A DNA stretch of 54,932 nucleotides from a virus (Duplodnaviria > Caudoviricetes), in the IMG/VR virus record IMGVR_UViG_3300010413_000058, positions 1 to 54,932 of that record; one strand, 5' to 3'. A program made the position numbers and the translations under genes. The notes under the pieces are model-generated. The model made no database searches. It was given only the letters and a program-made list of their open reading frames with translations, and was not told where the DNA came from. Shown piece by piece: positions 46,721 through 54,932 of the stretch (positions are counted from its first letter, which is position 1; each line of letters opens with the position of its first letter).

Positions 46721-47056
46721 TTACTTTAATCCTTTCTTCTTTTCTTCCAATTCCTTTATCTCCCGCTCTAAATTCAAACAATCGGTCTGTGCAGGTTGGG
46801 GCATACGTATGCAGTCTCTTGTTCCATATTGCTTGTACATCTGGTACAACATATCACGCTTGGTAGATATTCGGATGTCAACAAACTCAGCTTTGGAGAA
46901 AGCGGCTAAGAACTCTATCTTATCCTGTGTCTGCTCAAACTGCTCTTTGGTTTCTTCACAGGCTGTGAGGAAATCATTCATAGGAGTAAAATAGGATATT
47001 GCCCCTATCGTAGCCGCCACTATTGCTATCGCCACTGTTATATCCTTCCACGTCAT
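46721..47056 (-). CDS. Membrane-anchored small protein
   Basis: N-terminal TM helix plus coiled coil. Confidence 0.6.
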   Translation of the reverse strand: MTWKDITVAIAIVAATIGAISYFTPMNDFLTACEETKEQFEQTQDKIEFLAAFSKAEFVDIRISTKRDMLYQMYKQYGTRDCIRMPQPAQTDCLNLEREIKELEEKKKGLK

Positions 47057-49113
47057 ATCCCAAACGCCCCCTTTGGTTGCAATAGCTTTGTCAATTCTTT
47101 TACAACCAACATTGGGTTAATGGTACTGATACAGGGAGACATGCAGGGAGCTTTTCCTGGCTGCCCCCAGCAGTTCGCCGTAATTGGACAAACATCAAGC
47201 TTGTTAGGTTCCAAATTGATGATAGTGCCGTTGTCTGACCTTGGTCCAGTTACTCTGGCAGGAGCAGGGCCGTACAAGACTATTGCTGGGGTTCCTAAAG
47301 CCCCAGCTAAATGGCTCAGAAACGAATCGATAACCACGGCAGCACGGGCATTTTTCATAACCCACGCAGATTGTCTCCAAGTCAACTTCTCCCTCAAATC
47401 TAAAACTGTTCTCCTGCATGCCAGATCCTTTCCCATCCCCAGTTGAACGAACTTATACTGGGGCATCATTTGAATCACGACATCCATATGTCTATACGTC
47501 CTATACTGCTTCTGAGCACCAGCCGTTTGCACCACGATGTACTCATCAGGGAGTTCGATTTCAGGTTTTTCGAGCTTTATGAACATATTATCAGGTTCGA
47601 CTTGGCAGAAATAAGGGTACATAGAATGGAGAGGGACATCGAGATTGTTCCAACCTCCAGGGAGAATCTTTTCTCCATGAGGATTATATACAATCTGATA
47701 TTTCCCTAACATTGAATCGTTCCAACTAATAATCTCATCAACATATGGGTTCCCTTCTACTATATCCCGATACATATCCTGAGTCATGTAGACGAGAGGA
47801 ACATCGGGGTGTCTCTCCTTAATTCCCTTAAAACATTGAGTGCTCATCAGCACATCGCCTCCCGAGGAGTGCTGGGCGAAGAGGACTTTGTTGATCTTGG
47901 GAGGTCCAACCTTGATGCCAGGCTCTGTAGCCTCATCCAATAACTTGTTAATATTACTCGATCTTTCCATCCACTGCCTGGCTGCTTTAGCACCTTTCTT
48001 TATAATATCTCTCCTCAACCTGTCATCCCTAACAATCTTATCCATCTTATCAACTAGATCCGAAAAACTACAACACACCGACTCGACAAACGTGCGACCA
48101 CGCTGGGCTATGATAGGCACATAGGTTAATTCGTGGCAATCAACAGGCAATCCTGCTCCATCCGCCAGCAGTTCTATCTGCGCTGTGGTGTTGGAGGCTA
48201 CTACGGGGCATCCACACAGTTGAGCCTCCAATATCGTCCAACTCAGTCCCTCATGCGTCGAAGTATTCACTAAGCAATTCAACGAATTATAAATATCTAC
48301 CATCCTCTTTCTATCATAGAATATGTTAGGCTTCTTGGCAACGACATCTCCCGTCTTTGCCCCATATACCGCAGCATAATCATTCAATGTTTGCTCTAAA
48401 TTGTAAACCCCAGTCGTCATATCCGTATGAAGATAGAGGGTAACATTTGGGTTCTGCTTTTTGACTTCAAAGAAGGCTTTAATGGCTCTCTGAGGATCCT
48501 TCCGAAACTGATTAGGTCCTATGAATCCAAATAGAAATCGCTCGTCAGACAATTCAGGGAACAACTGGTGGCGAACTGCTATCTTTTCTTCAGGAGAGTA
48601 GATCCTGAACACTTCGTAATCGTTGACGGGCGGACGGAAATAGCGAAGTTCTGGAACATAAGGTTTTAAAGTGTGGTAGCCATATTTGGAGTAAACACAG
48701 GGGAAATCAAACACGCTGAACCATTTGGCGAAATCGGCTCTTATCTCAGGGAGGTCGTAGGGCATAATACATATAGTTTTCATACCCCTCAATTCAGCCA
48801 ACTGCATCAACGCATCATACACATGGGCGTACATCCATATATCTACTCCAACAATAACCAACACATCCAACTCATTGTGCTGAACAAAATTAATCAGATC
48901 CTTCCCGCCAAAATCCCTTTCATCCCTAGCAATCGTCACGTTGTAGTTGGGGAGTTTGTCTTCAAACACTTTGTTTCTAATGGGGGGTGGATAAGGAGAG
49001 AATATAGCAGGGATATAATTGTTCCTGTCAACCTGCTCCAGCAGAGCAGCCATCATATTAGCATTGCCAGTGACTCCAAGCGGATGGTCTCCTACGAATA
49101 ACACATTCTTCAC
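47053..49113 (-). CDS. Bifunctional glycosyltransferase, GT4 fused to GT9 (heptosyltransferase-like)
   Basis: NQFRKD, EGLSWTILEAQLCGCPVV; then SSGGDVLMST, NPYVDEII, IDSFLSHLAGALGTP.IVLYGP. Confidence 0.9.
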   Translation of the reverse strand: MKNVLFVGDHPLGVTGNANMMAALLEQVDRNNYIPAIFSPYPPPIRNKVFEDKLPNYNVTIARDERDFGGKDLINFVQHNELDVLVIVGVDIWMYAHVYDALMQLAELRGMKTICIMPYDLPEIRADFAKWFSVFDFPCVYSKYGYHTLKPYVPELRYFRPPVNDYEVFRIYSPEEKIAVRHQLFPELSDERFLFGFIGPNQFRKDPQRAIKAFFEVKKQNPNVTLYLHTDMTTGVYNLEQTLNDYAAVYGAKTGDVVAKKPNIFYDRKRMVDIYNSLNCLVNTSTHEGLSWTILEAQLCGCPVVASNTTAQIELLADGAGLPVDCHELTYVPIIAQRGRTFVESVCCSFSDLVDKMDKIVRDDRLRRDIIKKGAKAARQWMERSSNINKLLDEATEPGIKVGPPKINKVLFAQHSSGGDVLMSTQCFKGIKERHPDVPLVYMTQDMYRDIVEGNPYVDEIISWNDSMLGKYQIVYNPHGEKILPGGWNNLDVPLHSMYPYFCQVEPDNMFIKLEKPEIELPDEYIVVQTAGAQKQYRTYRHMDVVIQMMPQYKFVQLGMGKDLACRRTVLDLREKLTWRQSAWVMKNARAAVVIDSFLSHLAGALGTPAIVLYGPAPARVTGPRSDNGTIINLEPNKLDVCPITANCWGQPGKAPCMSPCISTINPMLVVKELTKLLQPKGAFGI

Positions 49114-49140
49114 GATTCTCTCCTTTAAAAGAGATTGCTA

Positions 49141-49779
49141 TCATCGGTCTCTAGTGTCGGTTTCTAACTCGGCAACATCTATGCCATCATATCTGCGGCG
49201 TTTTACAGTGGTAATCATATACCATTCGCCGCTTACAGGTGTAAAACGATCAAGGGATTGAATTTGATAAGATGAGGAGATGTAGAGTTCGTGCCTTTCC
49301 AACCCTAGCATCCCTAGCTCTACGTCCGTCTCCAATGAATGTCCGAACAGACTCTCCGTAACTAAAGCCTTGATATTGTCGTCTATAACATTCCATACAT
49401 GCTTCTTCTGATATGTCTGAGCATCCCAGTCTTCGCCTGACGACCGCTCTAGTTTTCCTGCCAGAACATTGCATTTGTAGAGGACGCTTTGGTACTCAAT
49501 TACTTCGTTCTCGAAAAGGTCAGGCGTCATGTTCATTAATAAGAACTTACGCCCATCCCCAGTGAACTCAACCACATCTCCAACCGCCGCTACGCTGTCG
49601 TACGGCAGAGATGCTTCAATGAAGTATTCTCGAATAAATGGTTTGGTTACTTGACGGTTAAGCTCAAAATCTAAGTAACCTGCCTCTACTTCTCCAGAGG
49701 CACCAGGTGCCGCCCGGACAGCACTGTACGCCGTGCCCACTTCTCTATAGACATCTTTAATATCGAACCCAATTGACAT
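49141..49779 (-). CDS. Putative head-closure / head-tail joining protein (3 SGE motifs)
   Basis: Position after the adaptor; beta-rich. Confidence 0.55.
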   Translation of the reverse strand: MSIGFDIKDVYREVGTAYSAVRAAPGASGEVEAGYLDFELNRQVTKPFIREYFIEASLPYDSVAAVGDVVEFTGDGRKFLLMNMTPDLFENEVIEYQSVLYKCNVLAGKLERSSGEDWDAQTYQKKHVWNVIDDNIKALVTESLFGHSLETDVELGMLGLERHELYISSSYQIQSLDRFTPVSGEWYMITTVKRRRYDGIDVAELETDTRDR

Positions 49780-50234
49780 TACTCCGTATCCGACGGGTTG
49801 ATCTTGACCCGATTACTTTCCTCATACGTGATGTCTTTTCCTGTGGTACGGTCGTAAGCGAACCCAGGGGCCAATTGATGTCCAAAAGCTTGCGTAGCCT
49901 CAACGCCCGCAAACTCGAACATCTCTTCCTCTAACGCCTTCTCAAACTTCTCATCCAACTGTTTGATAAGCGTGTTATAGTGATCAAACCTCTGATTCAA
50001 ACTAAATTGCTTGACTTTGAATTTATGGGCACTCTCGGAGTAGAGCATGAAGAAAAGGTGACGCTTTGTCCTCTCCATCAACCACTTTATTCGGAAACTG
50101 GTAGAGGCAGGAAGAGTGAAGCTTGTATCTCTCTGAGCATCATCCACAGCCAACTCATAGTCTATATCATCGAAATAGTTCGACAACCCCTTAATGCTCG
50201 TCTTCACCCTGTAAACTAACTCATCCCTAGTCAC
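49779..50234 (-). CDS. Putative head-tail adaptor
   Basis: Position and helical character. Confidence 0.55.
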   Translation of the reverse strand: MTRDELVYRVKTSIKGLSNYFDDIDYELAVDDAQRDTSFTLPASTSFRIKWLMERTKRHLFFMLYSESAHKFKVKQFSLNQRFDHYNTLIKQLDEKFEKALEEEMFEFAGVEATQAFGHQLAPGFAYDRTTGKDITYEESNRVKINPSDTE

Positions 50235-50682
50235 TGTCCTCTTCCCTCACGATAAGAGTGGGTTTCTCGTAGTTGATTCCCTCAGTCAACGACTGAATGA
50301 GTTCCTCAGCTTCATCTTTCCTCAAAGCCGCCCTGTTCATCTTCATACCAGTCTCAGTATTGATGACATTGTACCAACCGCCACCTTTGTAATCCATTTC
50401 GTAGAGAGGTCTGGGTTCTTTCTCCTCCCCTTCCTCCACCTCTAGCCCCTCTTTCAGCAAACTCTTAGCAACGTCGCTGAAAGAGGGCTGAGGTTCAGGT
50501 GGAGGTGGAGGAGGGACGGCAGGTTTCTGATCAACTTGTTCAAAAATCCTGACCGTCCCTCTATCCAGAGCTATTTCTGCGGCTATTTCTCGTGGCATCG
50601 TGTCGTAGTCAAAGACGTGACCCTTATACCACAATTCCGTATCTCCTCTAAGAGTCGCCAATAATTCGATCTTTTTAGCCAT
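50227..50682 (-). CDS. Hypothetical protein (Pro-rich linker, GGGWYNV C-terminal domain)
   Basis: SD AAGGAGGT. Confidence 0.6.
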   Translation of the reverse strand: MAKKIELLATLRGDTELWYKGHVFDYDTMPREIAAEIALDRGTVRIFEQVDQKPAVPPPPPPEPQPSFSDVAKSLLKEGLEVEEGEEKEPRPLYEMDYKGGGWYNVINTETGMKMNRAALRKDEAEELIQSLTEGINYEKPTLIVREEDSD

Positions 50683-50698
50683 CGATTGTACCTCCTTG

Positions 50699-51184
50699 TT
50701 AGAGTGGCTCCACTTCCACGAGCAAAACAGCGTTGCTCATCTCACTGGTAGGCGTAGCGGTTCTAGTGAGAGCAGCATTCCACTGAATCACATCTCCCAC
50801 CGAAAACTCATTCGCAGCCGCATTGACAACAGCCTGAGTAACACCTGTGTCTCCGCTCTGCAAAGTCGTCTTCTGCATCGAAGCCTCACCGCTGACGTGG
50901 GCGATCTTAGGTTTTGTAGTCAAACACGAAACCCCATTAATCAACACATCAGCCTCCAGAGATAGAGCATTTGAATCATCTTTACCGCTTTTCAGCACCG
51001 ACAACGCCACATTCATAATCTTTCCAGAATAGCGAGCCATACCTAAGGCAATTCCGTTAGCGGAAGCCTTAACCTCGCCTGATATGAGTCCCATTGGGAT
51101 TCCCATATCGACAGCGGCAACTTGCTTGTCAAATGCTGGGCTAGGAAATGGACCCCTCCAATATCTCGGTTCGGTCGGACTCAT
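50699..51184 (-). CDS. Putative capsid decoration / head fibre protein (2 SGE motifs)
   Basis: Directly downstream of the major capsid gene; Ala/Val/Ser/Thr-rich beta protein. Confidence 0.55.
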   Translation of the reverse strand: MSPTEPRYWRGPFPSPAFDKQVAAVDMGIPMGLISGEVKASANGIALGMARYSGKIMNVALSVLKSGKDDSNALSLEADVLINGVSCLTTKPKIAHVSGEASMQKTTLQSGDTGVTQAVVNAAANEFSVGDVIQWNAALTRTATPTSEMSNAVLLVEVEPL

Positions 51185-51198
51185 GGGTCACCTCCTAA

Positions 51199-52422
51199 TT
51201 AAGCAACGGTTAAGATGTACACGCCATCCCTCTGGTATAGAACCGGCAGACCTTTATTCTGCACTCGAATCCATGTTCCTTCAGGATCCCACTCATCCAT
51301 CGAATCAACTTTCATGCCCCGGGTGCGGGTCAGGCCGAAAGGAGCTTCCATAAACTCAGCAATCTTCGTCCCTTGCACATTGTCACAGAACATGATGAAC
51401 TTGTTGGTGGGAAGGAACTTCTTGGTCATCGTAACGCAGTCCTCACTAGCCTTGAAGCTGGCAGTAGGAGCAGTGGAAACAGTAATCGTCCCCGCCGCAA
51501 CGTCAACGGCACTGATCGTTTCATCTTCCCAAGTGTCTGCGCTGACATCGTGGAACCTTAGGGTAGCTCCCACCTCAAAGTCCGTGGCATCGTCAACGTA
51601 GATCGTCGTTGTTGCTCCGCCCGTAACAGCCGCCGTCAACCAACCCTTCAACTGATACTGCTCGTCGTAAATGACGAAGTTGTCGATGTTGAGAAGATTG
51701 GCGAGGACTGCGGCAGGACGGGCAAACAGATCACCGTTGCCAAAAGCAGACTTCTTCAATAGGGTTTGAATTGAGGTGTTGAGGAACATGTACTTTAGGG
51801 TTTCGGTGGTCAGGAGGGCATAGTTCAAATCTGCCCCAACACTATTCCTGATCGCCAACTTAGCGTCGAATATATCCTCAACGATGTTTGCATTCGCCCC
51901 AGTGCTCCACAGACGGGAGGCGGCGAGAGTAACTACCTGAGCGGAGGGGATACCGTAGTCAACCGTGTGATAAATCCCCTTCATGTCAGTATAGCTGAAA
52001 CTCCCATTTGTGATCATCTTAGCGAACATCCACTCTTTCCGACGATCACACCGATTCCTCAGCATCTTCATATTTCGAGCCAGCATATTCTTTGCTGCCC
52101 AGTGTTGCTGCGTAGTACCTGGCATTCGGAGGTTATTCAGAAATACTTCATCGAAGTACATCTTCTCCTTCCAGAACGCAGCCGTGGCCTGGTGCTGTGA
52201 AATGCCGACAGGCTCGACTTGAGGCGCTTTGGCACCGGGGGCTACAAACGGGGTCATCCCCCTGCTACCAATCATTCCCTCCCACGTGATCGTATCTGAT
52301 TCAGCTGGAATGCTCCCCCAGAGTCCAGACAACACAAGGGAAGGGGACTGCATGAACATTTCTATTAATCTCTGGAGTCGAGCTAATCTCAACTCCGGAA
52401 TCTCGGCAGCGCCTAGTGGCAT
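51199..52422 (-). CDS. Major capsid protein (lambda gpE-like) with an inserted beta domain
   Basis: MTPFVAPG, RKEWMFAK, VDYGIP, WDPEG...GLPVL. Confidence 0.9.
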   Translation of the reverse strand: MPLGAAEIPELRLARLQRLIEMFMQSPSLVLSGLWGSIPAESDTITWEGMIGSRGMTPFVAPGAKAPQVEPVGISQHQATAAFWKEKMYFDEVFLNNLRMPGTTQQHWAAKNMLARNMKMLRNRCDRRKEWMFAKMITNGSFSYTDMKGIYHTVDYGIPSAQVVTLAASRLWSTGANANIVEDIFDAKLAIRNSVGADLNYALLTTETLKYMFLNTSIQTLLKKSAFGNGDLFARPAAVLANLLNIDNFVIYDEQYQLKGWLTAAVTGGATTTIYVDDATDFEVGATLRFHDVSADTWEDETISAVDVAAGTITVSTAPTASFKASEDCVTMTKKFLPTNKFIMFCDNVQGTKIAEFMEAPFGLTRTRGMKVDSMDEWDPEGTWIRVQNKGLPVLYQRDGVYILTVA

Positions 52423-52444
52423 ATCTATTCACCTCCTTCCATTA

Positions 52445-53158
52445 TTATTTCATAATCAGGAACTGCCCATCGACGCTGGCGCCGAGATCAGTCCTGGCTT
52501 GGGCGATCATGTTTGTCAACAATGCGTTATAGAACATGGCATTGCTGAGGACCATTGGAGCAACTGCACCCTTCGCATCTTCCCCTACACCTGTGTTGAC
52601 AGAGTGCATCAGCACCCCAACTGCAACACTGTAGGAGTTAGTGCTCGCAGCACCCGCCTCCACGTGAATGCAGGCGTTGTTGGCAACGGCGAAGGCTCCA
52701 CTGATGGACGCAGTTGTCGTTATTTTTGCCATGTGCAGGTAGGTCGTGCGGTCGATAGCCGTAATTGCCCCTAAGTTCTCCGAACTGGCAGCGTAGGTGT
52801 TATCATCAAGGATGATAATGTCGTCACCCACCACAAACTTGTAACTGTCCTCCATCGTGACGTAGAGGATGTTGGTGGCGGCGTCTGCTACAAGAAAAGC
52901 ACACGCCAGTTGGTGATCTGGGTTGGCTGCACTAGGCAAATTTGCTGCAATACCTGGCATAAGAGGAACGTACTTGCCGACATTTCCAGCAGCCGACAGA
53001 TTCTTCGCCAGAACTGTGCCGGCACGAATTACCCCGTAACCAGGGGCTAGGGTTACTTCTTTGGTCAGGGCTCGGTCGGGTTCACTGTAGAATATTCTTT
53101 TGTAGTCAGTTTGCCCGCCCCTGATGATGGACGGCATGTCCATAACCTGAGTCGTCAT
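52445..53158 (-). CDS. Head decoration protein (lambda gpD-like position) with an inserted domain
   Basis: VTLAPGYGVIRAGTVLAK...GKYVP...AVGVL; between protease and capsid. Confidence 0.75.
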   Translation of the reverse strand: MTTQVMDMPSIIRGGQTDYKRIFYSEPDRALTKEVTLAPGYGVIRAGTVLAKNLSAAGNVGKYVPLMPGIAANLPSAANPDHQLACAFLVADAATNILYVTMEDSYKFVVGDDIIILDDNTYAASSENLGAITAIDRTTYLHMAKITTTASISGAFAVANNACIHVEAGAASTNSYSVAVGVLMHSVNTGVGEDAKGAVAPMVLSNAMFYNALLTNMIAQARTDLGASVDGQFLIMK

Positions 53159-53185
53159 ATTCTATTCACCTCCTTCTCTGTTATA

Positions 53186-53719
53186 TTAATGCTGTGTTGC
53201 GGGCTTTTCGCCGGCTAGCTCCAGCATCTCGTTTACAAAGTCGTCGTCAGCCTTTTTATCGGCGGCGACATTGGCACCTTCACTGGAACCAGGAGGAGTC
53301 CCACCCCCCATCACTTTCTCAGTCGTGAATCCTTCCCAATCCTTGATCTCTTCTCTCACTGCCTCCCTAAACGCCTTCGCATCCAACACACCATCTTTGA
53401 CAAACTTGTCATGGCGGATCATGGAGCGAACTTTGGGATGCAGTCGGGAGGGGACATCGCTGGTGATCAACTCTTCGTTCCAGATGTGGTGAGCCGTGTT
53501 CTCGATTTCCCTTTCTGCCCTGAGAGCCTCAGCCTTCTCCAGCTTTAGCAGCCGCGAGTTGGTCTCGTCGAGATTCTTGGTCAGACTGTCGTTGGCCTCT
53601 AGGAGATCGGAAATAGTTTCATCCCTCTCATCGATCTCCTTCTGCATCTCAGCCCTAACCTCATCAACGATCTGTTGGTACTCCTCAGGGTGCTCGACTT
53701 TATACTCATTTCTATCCAT
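53186..53719 (-). CDS. Nested scaffolding protein (Nu3-like) from an internal start
   Basis: In-frame ATG (MDRNEYK) preceded by AAGGAGGTGA. Confidence 0.75.
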   Translation of the reverse strand: MDRNEYKVEHPEEYQQIVDEVRAEMQKEIDERDETISDLLEANDSLTKNLDETNSRLLKLEKAEALRAEREIENTAHHIWNEELITSDVPSRLHPKVRSMIRHDKFVKDGVLDAKAFREAVREEIKDWEGFTTEKVMGGGTPPGSSEGANVAADKKADDDFVNEMLELAGEKPATQH

Positions 53720-54742
53720 TCTCTTTCTCACCTCCTTCTTTTTAGGTTTAACCATCGTTGACAATCTATCCACAGCATGACCGAAAGATCCAATCCTATC
53801 GATCAACCCAACATCCAACGCTTTCTGACCGATAAAGATTTTCCCCTCAGCCATGTCACCCAGTACCTTCTCCTTCTCAACCCCTCTATTCTGAGCCACC
53901 ATATCCACAAACATCGTGTAATAGTGGTCGAGGCGCTCTTGGATATACTTGCGGGATTGGTCGTCGAGGGGGGCGGAGTCGTGGCCCATAGCCTTGTACT
54001 TCCCCGAGTACAAGTAAGTTTTCTTCACCCCCATCTGCTCCTGCTGTTTAGAGTAATCATAGTGAGCCGCTAAGACTCCTATACTGCCCACCCTCGACAC
54101 CGAATTGCTTACAATCTCGTCCGCCGCACTCCCTATCATATATGCCGCACTTGTCATTTGTCCATTAGCGTAAGAGACCATCGGCTTTACACCCCGATAC
54201 GAATGAATCAATTCGGCGACATCGAAGGGGCCGTCCACGGAACCACCTGGCGAATCTATGTCGAACAGCAGACCTTTGACCTCCTTGTCCTCCATCGCCA
54301 CCTGAATATCCCTCATCAGCAGTTCAGCACTCGTCCCACCGCTGATCATAGTGAAAAGGTTCATCTTCTTGGCGATGGTCCCATAGACAGGCAACACACA
54401 TATACCATTGTCTAGACAGTAGGGGCCGTCAGGGCGGTCTTGATTCTTCTTGATTCTAGCCAACTCTCCTTCGGTCAATTCAACTTGCCCTCCACTCACC
54501 CGAACGCCTAAAATCTTGTGCATGTTCTCCAGAGCTTCCTGAGTAATCGCCCAATACTCCTCATTCAAGAAATCGATCAGATGTCCGTATGTCAAATCTT
54601 CGCTCCTCGCTCCTTTACGCCAACTATCTTGACAGATAGCATGGCGCTGTTTCTGGTCTTTGTATTCGTTGGCTAGGGCTCGGTGGCAGCGTGAAGTAAA
54701 ATCCTTATTAGATTCGCCCTTCTTAGGTCTCGGAATCGGCAT
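53186..54742 (-). CDS. Prohead protease (S49/SppA family, lambda gpC-like) fused to scaffold
   Basis: DIDSPGG, SAAYMIGSAAD, VGSIGV, SGKYK, GLIDRIG; coiled-coil C-terminus. Confidence 0.92.
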   Translation of the reverse strand: MPIPRPKKGESNKDFTSRCHRALANEYKDQKQRHAICQDSWRKGARSEDLTYGHLIDFLNEEYWAITQEALENMHKILGVRVSGGQVELTEGELARIKKNQDRPDGPYCLDNGICVLPVYGTIAKKMNLFTMISGGTSAELLMRDIQVAMEDKEVKGLLFDIDSPGGSVDGPFDVAELIHSYRGVKPMVSYANGQMTSAAYMIGSAADEIVSNSVSRVGSIGVLAAHYDYSKQQEQMGVKKTYLYSGKYKAMGHDSAPLDDQSRKYIQERLDHYYTMFVDMVAQNRGVEKEKVLGDMAEGKIFIGQKALDVGLIDRIGSFGHAVDRLSTMVKPKKKEVRKRMDRNEYKVEHPEEYQQIVDEVRAEMQKEIDERDETISDLLEANDSLTKNLDETNSRLLKLEKAEALRAEREIENTAHHIWNEELITSDVPSRLHPKVRSMIRHDKFVKDGVLDAKAFREAVREEIKDWEGFTTEKVMGGGTPPGSSEGANVAADKKADDDFVNEMLELAGEKPATQH

Positions 54743-54755
54743 CTCACTATTCTCC

Positions 54756-54932
54756 TTACTTTGCAGGAGTCTTAGGTTTCTTTTTGGGAGATGGTTCTAT
54801 GCGCTTCTCTTGCAGCATTTCGTCGTCTTCGGGGTCAGTGAGGCGCGGAAACATCTCCTCCTCCGTCGCATGTTGCAATCTGAGTTCCCTATAATTACCG
54901 AATCCCATCCTCTTAGCCAGCTGGGCTTTGGG
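54756..54932 (-). CDS. C-terminal end of a probable portal protein (partial)
   Basis: Open frame PKAQLAKRMGFGNY...KTPAK* directly upstream of the protease; identity inferred from position only. Confidence 0.5.
   Translation of the reverse strand, partial: PKAQLAKRMGFGNYRELRLQHATEEEMFPRLTDPEDDEMLQEKRIEPSPKKKPKTPAK

Noticed and set aside
41692-49113. DNA hypermodification role for the GT cluster
   Set aside because: It lies in the late structural operon, with no hydroxymethylase or nucleotide-pathway genes in this window; not excluded, but less parsimonious than virion modification
1-54932. Alternative genetic code, introns or inteins
   Set aside because: Genes tile densely under the standard code with all three stops used; no homing endonuclease or intein motifs seen

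Overview
A 55-kb segment of a tailed dsDNA phage or prophage, siphovirus-like with a lambda-type head and a non-contractile tail. A bacterial host is inferred from the strong GGAGGTGA ribosome-binding sites, an M15-type endolysin and a holin. The + strand (1-9611) carries a replication/recombination module: gp32-like SSB, RecA, a 5'-3' exonuclease, a Holliday-junction resolvase, and SbcC/Rad50 split into pieces around SbcD. It is followed by an array of tiny Cys-rich ORFs separated by a repeated structured element (CCAGCGGT...GACACCGCTGG directly before an RBS). The - strand (54932 to 9608) carries the morphogenesis and lysis genes. In order these are: portal end, S49 protease/scaffold, decoration protein, major capsid, and head-tail joining proteins. 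Next come an embedded 7-kb glycosyltransferase/methyltransferase/B12-radical-SAM cluster, tail tube, chaperones with a -1 frameshift, tape measure, Dit, hub, NlpC/P60 and central fibre. Last are a block of signal-peptide-bearing proteins (including a double glycoside-hydrolase-like protein), a second modification cluster, a repeat protein and the lysis genes. The strongest candidate for a new system is virion glycosylation. By manual count the tripeptide Ser-Gly-Glu occurs 21 times in 8 head/tail-module proteins, 10 of them in the central fibre using all six Ser codons, and in none of the other called proteins. This points to a modification sequon for the co-encoded glycosyltransferases. All calls come from motif reading only; no database searches were run.
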